Source of the DNA: Candidatus Woesearchaeota archaeon
Lineage (GTDB): Archaea > Nanobdellota > Nanobdellia > UBA10117
Direction: 5' to 3'
DNA length: 64,000 bases
Assembly: GCA_964354105.1 (NCBI GenBank)
Contig: CAYGXM010000002.1
Coordinates: 14,398 to 78,397 of the forward strand
The translations under genes were made by a program, and so were the position numbers. Of the stretch, positions 9,295 to 21,900 are shown one piece after another (within the stretch, counting starts at the first letter, position 1; every line of letters starts with the position of its first letter). The notes beneath the pieces were generated by a model. The model searched no databases. It was not told the DNA's origin and saw only the letters and a program-made list of their open reading frames with translations.

Positions 9295-9912
9295 ATGGCC
9301 ATGGGCAAAGACGCGTTGCTTATTTATTGGCGCACAACAGGCATATTAACAGATGAAAAAATTCTAGATGCATTCAAAAAAGTGCCCAGAGAAAACTTTG
9401 TCCTGCAAAAATACAGAGCTGAGGCGTATTTTGACGAGCCTCTTCCAATAGGATACGGACAAACAATATCGCAGCCGACAACTGTGGCAATAATGACTTC
9501 TGCTTTGGAGCCTGATAAAGGCGATAAAATACTTGAAATAGGCGCAGGTTCAGGCTATCAAGCAGCCATAATATCAGAACTAATCGGCGATAAAGGAAAG
9601 CTCTATACTCTGGAAAGAATTAAAGAGCTGGCAAGTTTTGCAAAACAAAACTTAAAATCTTACAAGAATGTTTCAGTTATTCATGCAGACGGCACAAAAG
9701 GCTATGCAAAAGCTGCACCTTATGACAGAATTATTGTAACAGCTGCGGCATCAGAGCTTCCCTTGCAGATATTCAAGCAGCTCAAAGAAAAAGGTACAAT
9801 GGTTATTCCCATAGAAGACCATTTATTTAAGATCGCAAAGCAGAAAAGCAAGCCAGTGATGGAAGATTTAGGCTTGTTTGCTTTTGTGCCTTTGGTTATT
9901 GGGAAAGCCTGA
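9295..9912 (+). CDS. pcm: protein-L-isoaspartate O-methyltransferase
   Basis: VPRENF, GQTISQP, LEIGAGSGYQAA, APYDRIIVTAA, FVPL. Confidence 0.95.
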   Translation: MAMGKDALLIYWRTTGILTDEKILDAFKKVPRENFVLQKYRAEAYFDEPLPIGYGQTISQPTTVAIMTSALEPDKGDKILEIGAGSGYQAAIISELIGDKGKLYTLERIKELASFAKQNLKSYKNVSVIHADGTKGYAKAAPYDRIIVTAAASELPLQIFKQLKEKGTMVIPIEDHLFKIAKQKSKPVMEDLGLFAFVPLVIGKA

Positions 9913-9985
9913 GGGAATCTGTTAGGGTTCATAAGCTCTACATCGTTCTTGCAAGTTAAAGTTCAACTAACATAAGAGCTTCCCC

Positions 9986-10615
9986 TTATCCAATCGTATA
10001 CAAAACTTCTTGTAATTTGAATGTTGTTCCTGGCTCAACAAAAACTTGCAGCTCGAAATTAGCCGAGGTAAATTCGCCTGAACTTAGGTAACAGCTATCC
10101 ATGCAAACTGCAGTAACTGAGCCGCTTGCTGAATTCTCTCCGAGATTGCCTGGCCAATCTAATTTTTTACCTTCGTCTATCAATAAGCTTGCATTTTGCT
10201 CGACTTCAACTGCATGCGCCGCAGGTATTCCTGTTGCAGTGCCTGTTATCAAGGACGGCTTTTCCTTTTGCCCGACATTTGTATAAACCAAAGACCTTGA
10301 ATTGCCATTTGCCAGATAAATTGCAACATCGCCCTCGCCCTTAGTTTCGCCGGACAAGCTGAACGAACTAATATAAATCGGCTCGCTGGAAGCTGATTTT
10401 AAATCAAGGGCCTGGCTTTCTGTAAATTCCATGTTCAGGATTTGAGCTTTTGTGTCTGATGCCACAAATCCTGTCATGGATGTACCAAAGAACAGCAAAG
10501 GCACTGCTATAATCGCAGCTATTATGAATATAAACTCGTATTTGCGAAGCTTAGACTCACTGTCAATTTTTGCATTCTTTGCTTCCTTGCCTATCATCAC
10601 TGATTTCATATTCAT
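9986..10615 (-). CDS. membrane-anchored surface protein with the shared CxxxC domain
   Basis: N-terminal TM, SFSLSG..G.G.VAIYL, CMDSCYL; similar to N-termini of the neighbouring giant proteins. Confidence 0.75.
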   Translation of the reverse strand: MNMKSVMIGKEAKNAKIDSESKLRKYEFIFIIAAIIAVPLLFFGTSMTGFVASDTKAQILNMEFTESQALDLKSASSEPIYISSFSLSGETKGEGDVAIYLANGNSRSLVYTNVGQKEKPSLITGTATGIPAAHAVEVEQNASLLIDEGKKLDWPGNLGENSASGSVTAVCMDSCYLSSGEFTSANFELQVFVEPGTTFKLQEVLYTIG

Positions 10616-11067
10616 TTGTAGACTACCCTGCTAATTATAATACTTGTGCTTGGTTCCAGCTCAACATACAGCGAATAAGGATGATTTTCAGTTGTGAAGT
10701 AGCAAGTTTCTTCGCAGGCATTCCTAAAGTAATTCGCATCTGCCTGGGATGCAGCAACATAGCCTGTTATTCCCGCCGGCTTTTGCGTCTGCAGGCCTGA
10801 ATAAACCAAAAGCCTATGATTGTCTGAATCCTGAAGATAAACCTTGGCCTTGCCCGGCCCTTTGATAATTCCTGTTATGCTGAATGAAGTTATATCATCG
10901 TCTATGCTTAAATTATGGGCTGATGTCTCTGAGATTTCCAAGTTTACATCCTGGCCGCTGTATTGTGGGTTAAATATGGCTGCGGAATGTGTATTTAACA
11001 AAAAGGGGGCAAATAGCACAATAATTATAGCAAGTACTAATAATATTGTCAGGTTTTTATGCTTCAT
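10612..11067 (-). CDS. membrane-anchored surface protein with the shared CxxxC domain
   Basis: N-terminal TM, SFSITG..KGPGKAKVYL, CEETCYF. Confidence 0.75.
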   Translation of the reverse strand: MKHKNLTILLVLAIIIVLFAPFLLNTHSAAIFNPQYSGQDVNLEISETSAHNLSIDDDITSFSITGIIKGPGKAKVYLQDSDNHRLLVYSGLQTQKPAGITGYVAASQADANYFRNACEETCYFTTENHPYSLYVELEPSTSIIISRVVYK

Positions 11068-12937
11068 CTTTTCCAAATCCTATTGATGCCCTTTTCAGCT
11101 CTTCCTGGGCGAGCTTGACCTTTTCCTGCGCCATTTTCATTTTGTCCTCGGCTATTTTTTTCTTGTATTCCTGCAGCATCTTTTCAGCCTGCTGTTTTTC
11201 TGAAAATGCAATCTGTTTTATCTTTATGGCTTCAGCGCGCTCCTTTGCAATTTCCTCTTTAGCCTTTTCCTTTTCTTTTGCAATTGAATCCTGCAGGGCT
11301 TTCTTAGCTAATTGCGCAGCTTTCAGCTCTTCGGCAGCTTTCAATTTTGTTGCTTCAGCTGCCTTCACTCTTTCTATAGCTGCTTTCTTGATGTTGGCGA
11401 CATCTGAGAGCCTTTTGTTGATTACAAACTGTTCCTTCTCAAACTGCTTCATCTTTGTAGCCTTGACTTTTGCAAGCTCTGAATCTACCTTCTTCTTTTC
11501 AGCAGTTATTGCATGATTTTGTGATAGAATGTATTGATAGCGGTCTTCAACCTGTGCCCTCAACTGTTCTGCCTGTTCTTTCTCTTCCTTGATTTTTGCC
11601 AAGGCCTCCTCAACTATCTCCTTTGCAGAGCATGCGTTGTTCCTTTCCTGCTCAACTGTGCTCTTTTGTAATGCTAATTCATGAATTTCTTTTTCCAATT
11701 CCAATCTTTTCGTTTCTTCGAGCTTCAAGTCGTCCAAGAGCTTCTGCTTTAACGCATGGGTTTCTTCCAGCTCCATTGAGAGCTTTAATTTATCCTGCTC
11801 AATTTCTCTGAGTTTGTTTTCTGCTTCCCGCCTGAATCCTTCAGTCTTGGCGCGTTCTGCTTCAATCAGCTCCCGGGCTCTTTGTTTTTCATTTTCTATT
11901 TGTGCCCTAAGCTTTTCCTTTTGATTATCCATTTGCTCAGCGAACTTTCGCTTTTGCTCAGCAAGGCTTTCTCTTGCTTTTTGCTTCTGCTCGCTAATAA
12001 CCTCGAGAGCCTTGTGCAACTTCTCATCAATCCTTTCCTTTTCACCCTCAAGATTTTCCCGCTCATTGTGCACGTCCTTTAATTCTGTCTCGACCTCAGC
12101 TTTTTCTTTCATGACGGCATCAAGTTCTGCAGCAGCTTTGCGCTCATGCTCTTCGGCGTTCTTAAGCAGCTGCTCTGTCCTGATTTTCTCTTCATCCAGC
12201 AGCAACCTTGCTTTGTGTGCTTCGTCTTCTGCCAGCCGTTTTTCCTGCAATAAGCTCTCTTCAGTATCTTTTTTGATGCTTTGTAATTTCTCAATCTCGG
12301 ACTTAGCGTTCTTTTGCTCTTCTTCAATCAGCTTTCTTGCTTTCTGCTTTTCTGCAGATAGAATTTCTTCATATCTTTGCTTCAATTGAGAATATCTGTG
12401 ATTCAATGCTGAAATTTTCTCGCTTGCCCTTGCTTTTTCCTCTTCCAGCTTTTCCTTTTGGACATCCAGATTTAGCTGAACACGCTGTCTGGCAATTTCT
12501 AAGTCGTCATAAAGCCTCTTTTTCTCCTTCTCCAAGGCTATTTTTTCCTGCTGCATGCTCCCCAATTCTGTCTTAGTTTCTTGGTGTAATCTTTCTGTTT
12601 CAGAAAGCCTCTCTTCCGATGCCTGCTTTTCAGCTTCTATAGCCTTAACCCTGTCCGCCAGTTGCGTTCTTGCCTCAACAACTGTCTGGATCTGCACCTG
12701 TTTTTTCTTTTTCTCTTCAAACAGTGCATTTTCAAGTTCCTTTATTTTATTCTTGAGATTTTGATTTTCTTTCTGCAATCCTTCAATAGCATTCCGCTTC
12801 TCACCCTTCAGCCTGTCGATTTCCTGGTCTTTGACAATAGCCACGTCAAGTTTTTCAGAGATCTTTTGCTCAAATTCCTCTATCTTCTGCTTTTCTTCCT
12901 TCAATTTTTTGCTTGTGCTAAAGAGATTAAATGCCAT
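11057..12937 (-). CDS. long coiled-coil protein
   Basis: 626 aa, E/K/A/L/Q-rich, no proline, no TM, no Walker motif. Confidence 0.85.
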   Translation of the reverse strand: MAFNLFSTSKKLKEEKQKIEEFEQKISEKLDVAIVKDQEIDRLKGEKRNAIEGLQKENQNLKNKIKELENALFEEKKKKQVQIQTVVEARTQLADRVKAIEAEKQASEERLSETERLHQETKTELGSMQQEKIALEKEKKRLYDDLEIARQRVQLNLDVQKEKLEEEKARASEKISALNHRYSQLKQRYEEILSAEKQKARKLIEEEQKNAKSEIEKLQSIKKDTEESLLQEKRLAEDEAHKARLLLDEEKIRTEQLLKNAEEHERKAAAELDAVMKEKAEVETELKDVHNERENLEGEKERIDEKLHKALEVISEQKQKARESLAEQKRKFAEQMDNQKEKLRAQIENEKQRARELIEAERAKTEGFRREAENKLREIEQDKLKLSMELEETHALKQKLLDDLKLEETKRLELEKEIHELALQKSTVEQERNNACSAKEIVEEALAKIKEEKEQAEQLRAQVEDRYQYILSQNHAITAEKKKVDSELAKVKATKMKQFEKEQFVINKRLSDVANIKKAAIERVKAAEATKLKAAEELKAAQLAKKALQDSIAKEKEKAKEEIAKERAEAIKIKQIAFSEKQQAEKMLQEYKKKIAEDKMKMAQEKVKLAQEELKRASIGFGKDEA

Positions 12938-15900
12938 TATCTTTGTCTCCTCTTGTTATTTTCCTATTTAGATAATTGCTGACCTTATCGTAGAGCCTCT
13001 CCAGGTGCTTACGCTCCTCCGCCAATAATTCAACTTCCAGGGCCATCTCCTCTCTCCTTTTTACAATAAGGGCTATAATAAATATTACGGTTACTGTTGC
13101 GGCTAGAATCCACCACAGCCACCTTCCACCAAAGAACTGTGCTATATTTATCGAGGGCAATGTGGGCAGAACAAATCCGGCAGCTGGCAATGCTTTTCCG
13201 CATATCTCCAGCTGAATTTCTTGGACCATGCCATATGCAGACTTTATCAGATTCCTGGCTAAATCATAATTTCCTCTTGCAGCCGCATCTTCTGCTGCCT
13301 TGAGGATATTATCAAGATCTGTAGTCTTTGTTTTCAATTCATTATACATATTTCGAAGCTCAATCAAGCTGTTGATTATATCCTGCGGAACTCCTGGTGG
13401 CAACACAGGCGCAGTGATGTTAACAGGCACACCAACAGCAGGTGCTGGTGCTGGCGGCACTACGGGCGGAATAACTGCAGACGTGACATCAAAGGCCTTG
13501 CTGGCATTCGCATCAGCTGTCGGCCAGGTTAGTTTAGACACGAAAAGGTACGCGCCAGGCGTTGACGGCGCCGTCAATGTTATCGCGGCTGTAGCTGACT
13601 GGTTTCTTCCAATAAAGATGGTCCGCACATCTAACGCAGTAATGTTTCCGAATGAGTCTTCAATCCATGTTGTCAATGTTCGGTCTTCAGATATTTCCGA
13701 ATTCATGTTAATTGCCTTGACGACTCCTGTAATTGTGCTGCCTGCCGTAACGGATGCGGGCAGGCTGTCTATAATAACATCATACGGGCCGCCATAGCCA
13801 GGTATCTGCACAGAAGGCTGGTTTGAATAATAAAATACCGCATTTGCAGAAGCTGTCGCCTGGGTAAAGTTGTATGTATAGCTTTGGCTGCTCTTTGCTA
13901 TCAATTTTGTCCCATTAAAGGACACTGATGCTCCTCTTGTGAGATTTACAAATGTTGTTAATCCAATATCTGAATCTACAACAGATATTCCAGTTAAATC
14001 CTCTCCGCCCGCATTTACAATCTGGTCCGTTATGAGATATGTTATATTAGTTGTTGTCTGGTTCACAAATGCGACATTCTTGATCAAAATCAGCTGTGCT
14101 GCAGTAATGTTTTGCGGTATCACAATAATTGGCTGGTTTGATTCCACAAACAAACTTGTATTATAGAATGGGTCATAGCCTGTGGCGTTCGCTTTTTGCA
14201 GTGTTATAGTATTATCAACAGAACCCCGTGCGTATGTTAGCAAATAGCTCTCTATGACTTCCTGTGCACCATAAATGGAACCTATGCTCCAATTCTGGCT
14301 GGCGTCAGGGTCTGTTAGTATGGTATTCTCTGACGTTCCTCTTCCATTTGCAAGGTATAATGAAATGTTATAAGTGATATGTGATGAGTTTATGGCCTGC
14401 ACGCTCGGTATTTTATGCAAGAGAAGATTTGCCTTCTGGCCTGATTCAAGTAAGAAAACGCTGTTGTTTGTATAAACACCAGCATGATAATATGTTTTTG
14501 TTGCATTTATTCTTGCATCATATATCTTAGGTGAAGCCATGCCTGTCGTGTCCAAAGTGCAATTATAGAATCCGCTTCCTTCTTCAACATCATAGCAGGC
14601 ATATACAAAACTGCCATTTATTGGCTCAAATTTAGCATTCGCGCCCGTAATAGGATTTGCCAGCTCGTCATAAACATAACCTTTGAATGTAATATTCTGC
14701 CCTTCATAATATTTCGGCGTTCCTGTTGGAGCAGTTACATATGCATACAAAATGCCAAACACATTCAGGAAGTGTGTCGATGTTGCTGCTGTGTAGTTTT
14801 GTGTCTCAGGCAGAATTAATGTTATATTTCTAGGCCCTAATGCAACGTAAGACGTAAGATTTGTTATAATTGGCGCCCCATTATTAATCAATGCACCATT
14901 GTCGTACAACTGCATATTGCCTTCTCCAGCATTGCGGATTCCAGTTATGTTTACAGTCTGGCTCCTATTGACATTAAAGTCACTATTTGTTCCATTCAGC
15001 AGTAATGTGATGTTTGCTGCAGCTTTGTTAACAGTTACAAAGAACGTTTTGCTGCTTGCCGTGTGATTAAAGTCTCCAGGATTAACAACAGTGTAATTAT
15101 AATAGCCCGCAGCTAAAGTTACTGCAGTATTATTTTCAGCATTTATGTTTGTTCCATTTCGGTACATTGTTGCAGATAATAGATTTGTTGAAAACACTGC
15201 TGTAACAGTCTGCGGATAAGTTATATTCAAATCACTTTCAGCACCATTCAAGCTCAAGTTAACATAAGTCTGGGCAATATTTACAGTCAGGAAGAATGTC
15301 TTTGAGCTGCCAGTCTTGTTTGCATCGGTTGGAATAACTGCAGTATAATTATAATAACCTACTGCTAAAGTCGTAATTTCTGAAGTTCCAACATTAGTTC
15401 CATTTCTGTATAATGCCACAGTTCCATTATATCCGATTGCAGTTACATTAGTTGAAGTGCCATAAGTTACAGTCAGATTATTCTGTGCTCCATTTAGATA
15501 CAAATCGACTGCAGTCGGCTGTATGCCGACTGTTAATGTTCTGTTAATGGTATTTGAAGTATAATTTTCTCCGCCTGTTGTATTATATGTATAAACATAA
15601 GTGTTAACTCCTAGTGTTGCAACATCTGAAACTACTGAGCCGCTTCCAATTGTAGTACTATTTCTATACATAGTATACGTTACGTCAGAATCATTTGTAT
15701 TGCTTTCAAATGCGGTTGCATTTGTTTGTGTTGGGTATGTAACGGATTTATCGGCAGCAACGCCATCCAGCAATAAGTTTACTGTTGGTGTTGCTTTGTT
15801 GACTGTCAAGAACCAGGTTTCAGAGCTTGGCAGGTAATTTGAATCACCAGAATTTATGGCGGTGTAGTTGTAAGTTCCGGCTCCTAATGTTGCAATTTCA

Positions 15901-18900
15901 GGATTTGTGACATTAGTTCCATTCCTGTATAATGCCACAGAGCCCGCTGATGTTATTGCAGTAGCATTGCTTTGAGCTCCATAAGTTATTGTGGCATTTG
16001 CCTGTGCTCCATTCAGATACAAGCTGGTTGTTGTCGGCATTTTATTGATTATATAGGTAAATGTGCCTGTGCTGTTTGAATTTCCGGCAGTGTCGTTTGC
16101 ATACCATTTGTAATTATAGCTGCCAGCATTCAATCCGACAAAGGTCTTGCTGTAGACATCTCCAGATTGGACTGCATTAGTGTAATTTGTCCCATTAAAC
16201 TCGAATATTACTGTTCCTACGGCATAATTATCTGTCCAGGTTGCATTGAATTCATATGTCTGTGTCGGTGAGTATGTTGTGGGGCTTGCCGGGCTCTCTG
16301 AAAGATTGAAATATTGCGGCGGAGTCTTGTCTATCACAAACAAGACGGATTCAAATGATGGATAGCCAACATTATTCCTTGCATATACTGTAAGATTATA
16401 TGTGCCTGAAGGCAAAGCGCCTACATTAACTAAGTCAGTCCAGTTAAATATAGGCTGGTTTATTGAATTATTTGAATTTGACTGCACAATCGCACCTGTT
16501 GAATTAGTTATATTATACGAGCTCGCAGTAAGCATGTTGTTTTGTATAAATACATTCAAGTTGAAGTTGGAGCCCCATTGCGAGTTATTCAATGGTGTGA
16601 AAATCTGTATGAGTGGGGGGGTATTATCTATTGTAAAGTTTACTGAGCTATTTTGCTGGTTTCCTAATGTATCATTCGCATACGCTGTAAAGGTGTAATT
16701 GCCTTCGCTGACAGTTGTGGTGTCCCACGTATCATTATAAATTGGCTCTGTCCCCGACATTGTTCCTGATTTCACAATTCCTGACGTATTAGTTATTTCA
16801 TACCAGACAGAATTAACGCCAACTAAATTATCTGTAACATTAACTTCCAGAGTAGTAGTAAAGCCCAAGATGTCATTCTGTACTGGCCTGATATGGACTA
16901 TTACCGGTGGTGTTGCATCAACTGTCAACAATCTTGTTTCACTCTGGCCTGTATTGCTGGCCCCGTCAGTGCAGTTTACATACCATTGATTATATCCTTC
17001 AAGCACTGTTGTATTTGTTATTGTTGTTGCTGTATTATTCGCAACAGAAGCATTAGTTCCGCTCGGCGCATCATTAATGTAAAGCGTACAATTTATGGTT
17101 GTATATTGATTATCTGTTGCATTAAATATAAAATTCTGTGTTTGTGTTGTGCTTGTTGTATTGTTACCTGGCGACATCAAGTTTACAACTGGCGGCGTAG
17201 CATCAACTGTAACAGTCCAGTTTGCCGGCGCGAATGCACAGTTGTTTGATGTGTCGCAAGCCAGACAATTCCACAATATTATACCATTATTCAGATTAGT
17301 TTTTTGGAAAGTTGTTTCATTTGATGTTCCTGTAATTATATTTGTGCTATCGGCTGAGAAAATTCCCGTATAATTCCAATACAAGGTCATGTTAGCAAGC
17401 TGATAATTATCTGTTGCATTACAAGTGAAGTTAAGGTCTTTCCCATTTGCGCTTCCGTTTGGCGGATTCACAAGTGCAGTAGTCGGAGGCGCGCAGTCAG
17501 TTATGTTTATGCTGTCAGACACTGTTATGCGTGGCCTGGTTGGGAACGTTGTCTTGATACAGCTTACATTGTAGGCCTTCAGGCCTGTTGAGCTGAAAGT
17601 TCTTGCATACTGGTAATAATTCGATGTGGCATTATAGGTCATTGAATTGCCTGTTGAGTCTGTGAAATTTATGATGCAAGTAGCACCTGTATTTGTAAAG
17701 TTGTTTCCGCCGAGCACCCTGTAATAATACGCATAAAAGTCTATTGAGCTTCCAACGCAGGCGGGTCTGTTGTTGCCGGGCATTCCAGTGTCATTCTGGT
17801 CCCAGATGAGCAATCTGGAAGTTCCATTTGTCGAGAAATTGGTGAAATGCGCAACATCAAATGTCACTGTTCCTGTTGTATTTTCATAAGTGACATTCTG
17901 GCAAGTCGTGTTGCTGCATATTTCGCCATTAATAAGCACGTTAAAGTCCTCAGTATCGCTCCAGTTAAGGCCTCGTAGCTTCAATTGTGCGCTTGAGTTA
18001 AATGTTGGATTCAGGCCAAAGTCAACTGAAATAAAGTTGTCCGAAATGTTTACATAAGTGTCAAAGTTCTGGCTTGCTGCATTTACACAGCCCTGCCATT
18101 GTATCTGTCCGTATGATGGTATTTCCAGTACTGCCTGCCCATTACAAACATTTGTCAAATCAGGCAGCGTCGCCCAATTTGTCGTATTGCCTGTGTAATT
18201 TGTTGAAATTGGAACTGCAGCTGTGTTGACAGCAAGTGCGTATGTTGCAGAGTTATTTGCATTTCCTGCAGCATCAGAGGCTCTGCAATACCAGTTGTAA
18301 TTGCCATTTGTCATGGTTTTGCTGAATGTTGTGCTGTTGCTTGTTCCAGTAACTATATTCGTCTGGTTCAGCACGCTGTTTATGTAAAGTGAAATATTTG
18401 CGAGTGCGATATTATCTGTTGCAGAACAGTTGAACAGCACAGAGCCATCGCCGTCTACCGCATTATTGGCGGGGCTGTTCTGAGTAACTGTCGGCGGGGT
18501 TATATCCGGAACAGTTACATTAAATGTCATTATATTCGTTGAATTCCAATTGCCCTGCGTGTCATTTGCCCAGATTCGCCAGCCAATTATGCCGCTGGCG
18601 GAGCTGTTGCTCCAAGTAAAGTTGCTCCAATTTCCAGTGCTCGGGCCTATTTGCAGCGGGGAACCATAAACTCCAGTCTTATTTGCCCAAACTCCACCAG
18701 ATTCATTTGTTGAAAGCATTGCATAACTCAAGTTTACATTGTCTGTCCAGTATGCAGAGAGCTTAATTGAGCCAGTATTATTTATTACACTCGCATTCTG
18801 GCTCTGGCTTGACCATCGTGGCGGTTGTATATCTGTCCAATTAACTATAAGTCTTGGCTGCCGAGATGTATTGGTTGCATCATTGCTGCTCACATAATAT

Positions 18901-21900
18901 TTTCTATTAGTTCCTGACTCAGTTTCATCTTTTATTATCCAGCCGAAGTTTTGTGCCTGGTTGTCTGTAAAGTTCTGCACATCTGCAGTTACATTCCAAT
19001 AATAGAATCCAACAGCGTTAACAGATGTATTTGCTAGCTCGTTTGCTGCAAAGTCGCCTCCAGTTGTTGTCCATGAGTTTCCAGTGCTGTAAACATTCCA
19101 TGTTACCTGAAGCTCTACCCAGTTTCTTGCCGGAGACTGCTGGACTTTGTGCGCACCATGAGTTCTTGCGCCCGCCCCGTCAACATTATTAAACATATAA
19201 AGAGAAAGGTTTGCATTGTCTATCCTTACACCTGATGGTATGCTGGATAAATTGAATTTTATTATGCCTCTATGCACACCTGCACCTCCGCTTCTTCCTA
19301 CTCTTATGCTGCTGGCAGAGCCATAATTGCTACCTGTAGAACCCGCTCTGATGTAAGAATCATTTGTCACCGCAGTTCCAGAGTATGTATTCACACCTTG
19401 TACTTCAAATCCTCCCGAAGTTGTAAAATTAAAGGCCGCAAACCCTGTTTGGTCGCCTGGCACAAATGTAATGTTGTAAAGCGTGCCTGGTGTCAAACCA
19501 TATGCTTCTGTTGCCCAGTAATCTTCATCGCAAGATTGTAATGTATATGTATAATTATCGCACCTTGTAAGCACGTCCCCTGCGGGGTTAACAGTCAGGG
19601 TCGCAGTCTGGAACTGCCCGAGCGGATTAACTGCAAATTCGGCAAGCGAACCTGCTGCAGGTGTTGGCTCATCAAGGCCCGGCAATGCAAAACTGCCGTC
19701 AACAGTATAGTTGTAATATGTTATTGCTGAAACGCTTGCTGAGCTTGCTGGCTGTATTATTATGGTATAATTACCGCCAAACAGATCAAAGTTATGTACA
19801 GTATTAGTTTGTGAATAAACAGTCTGGCCTGTGGAGTTTATTATTGTAAGCGCCACATTTACCGGCGCTCCTGCAGCATTTGTTACGCTATTGTTTTGGT
19901 CTGCAGAAACTGCATATGTTTGTGCGGTGTTATTCACAAAAGTTGCATTAACATTACCGGAATTATCTGCTGTTCTCGTGCCAATTGTGTGGCTAGTTGC
20001 AGCTGAAAAACCTGTTGCATTATAGCTGCTGCTTGGTGTTGAAACATTTGCAGTATAACTGCCATCAATCCAAATTTCTGTATGGTTGAAATCGCTGTCA
20101 GCAGGGTTTGTCCAAGTCCAATATATCCAAGTTGCGCCGCGCGATGAAACCGCCAAATTAGTTACAGCTGCGGGGGGTGTTGTATCTGAGCAGGCTAAAG
20201 TTACTGCAGAATCCATAACATTTGTTGTATTTACATTTCCAGTTGTATCTTTAGTGTTAATTGTTATATTATGTGTAGTATTGCAACTGAAACCTGTTGC
20301 GTTATAATATGCATTTGAAGTATTCAATATATTTGAGCCGTCTACGTAGATTATTGCCTCACTGAAGTCAGAGTCGCCCGGATTTGTCCATGCCCAGTAA
20401 ATCCAAGTTGTTCCTGTTGAAGTCTCATTCAAATTCGTAACTGCAGCCGGAGGTGTTGTATCAGGAGGAGGAGTGCTCGCTATTGTCAGATTATAGTTCA
20501 TTGCAGAATAATCAGAATAGGTATTGCTTCCTGCCAAATCAATTGCCCTGCATCTCAAGTCGACATTAGACTGCTCTGCAATTCCAGAAAGGTTCCATAA
20601 GTAAGTGCTTTCATTTGTATGATTGCCAATTGCAGTCCAAGAATAATTATAACCGCCAATAGTATAAGTTATACCTGGGATTATGTATTTATTGCCCGAC
20701 TGGCTGCCAGTTGGAACTGTACTATCCAGATCATTGTTTGTCGAGCTCTCATAATAGCTACCAGTTCCTGTCGGCGGGTAGTTTGCACAGTTCGCGCTGT
20801 CATCCCTTCCAAGATTATAAGTCGCAGAAATAGGAGCAACGCCTACATAATAAGTCTGGCCCAATGTAATCGTTATTGGTGTTGCCAGAGTTCCACTTAT
20901 CCACCCTGATGCACCTGTTCCAGTCAATGTTACTTCCTCAGATATCTGGTTTCCACCACTGCTATACAACGCCATTTCTAGAGTCTCGCTGGCTGAGAGG
21001 CTCGTATCTGCCTGCCAGAACCAGAGTTTAGTTAATGTGGCAGTCCCAGAGCCGGGAATTGTCCACTGGCTATAAAATTCATAGCTTCCAGATGCATAAG
21101 TGCTGTCACTGCAGGAACTTGGAACTTGAGTTGCAGTCTCTGAAGAAGTTGAGTGATTATAGTAAGCATCAATAACATAAGTAATTGTATCATTATCTGC
21201 ATCTGTTGAGCCTGAACAACTTATGTTCACGTCTTCATAGAATATACTGTTGCAGCTGCTGCCATCACAAGTTATGCTTGTTGGTGTTGTTGGCGGGTCA
21301 TTATCTATGTAATTAATAGTTAAAGGAACGTAATCCATTACCAGCCATGAATCCTGGCTGTCGCCAACACTTCCAATAGCCTCATATCTTGTTCTTACCC
21401 AGCCACTTGAATTAACATAATGTAAAAGCCCTGATGTTACTGTATAACTGTCTACTACTGTATTTCCACCATCATTTGTTCTTAAATCTCCTATATCTAC
21501 CCATGTACTGCTAGTCCAATTATATATCCAAACATCCTGTGTGCCAGTCCAACTTCCTTCTGCCGCATCGCCATCGCAGGCAGCAGGAGCAGAACCAGAA
21601 CCATCGTGGCAATATGTTGCAGAAAATGTCATATTTGTGATGTCTGCGCCAGTTATGCCAAGCGAACTGATATTATACTCAAGAACTATTACTGAATTCA
21701 ACGTATCTGTAGATGTTTCACCTGCATAGAAATAAGTTGTATCATCTGCTTGTGTTGCGGTGTATGTTCCGCCTTCCTCATCATCTCCTTCATTATCTGT
21801 CACATAACCTGCATCAGGAGTTCCGCTAGACGGACTTCCCTCTGCAAAACCAGGGTCATCCGGCGTTAATGTAAATGAATAAGTTTCTCCAGGCGTTATG

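Noticed and set aside
11057..12937. SMC/Rad50 or phage tape-measure protein
   Set aside because: No Walker A/B, hinge or zinc hook, and no viral genes nearby
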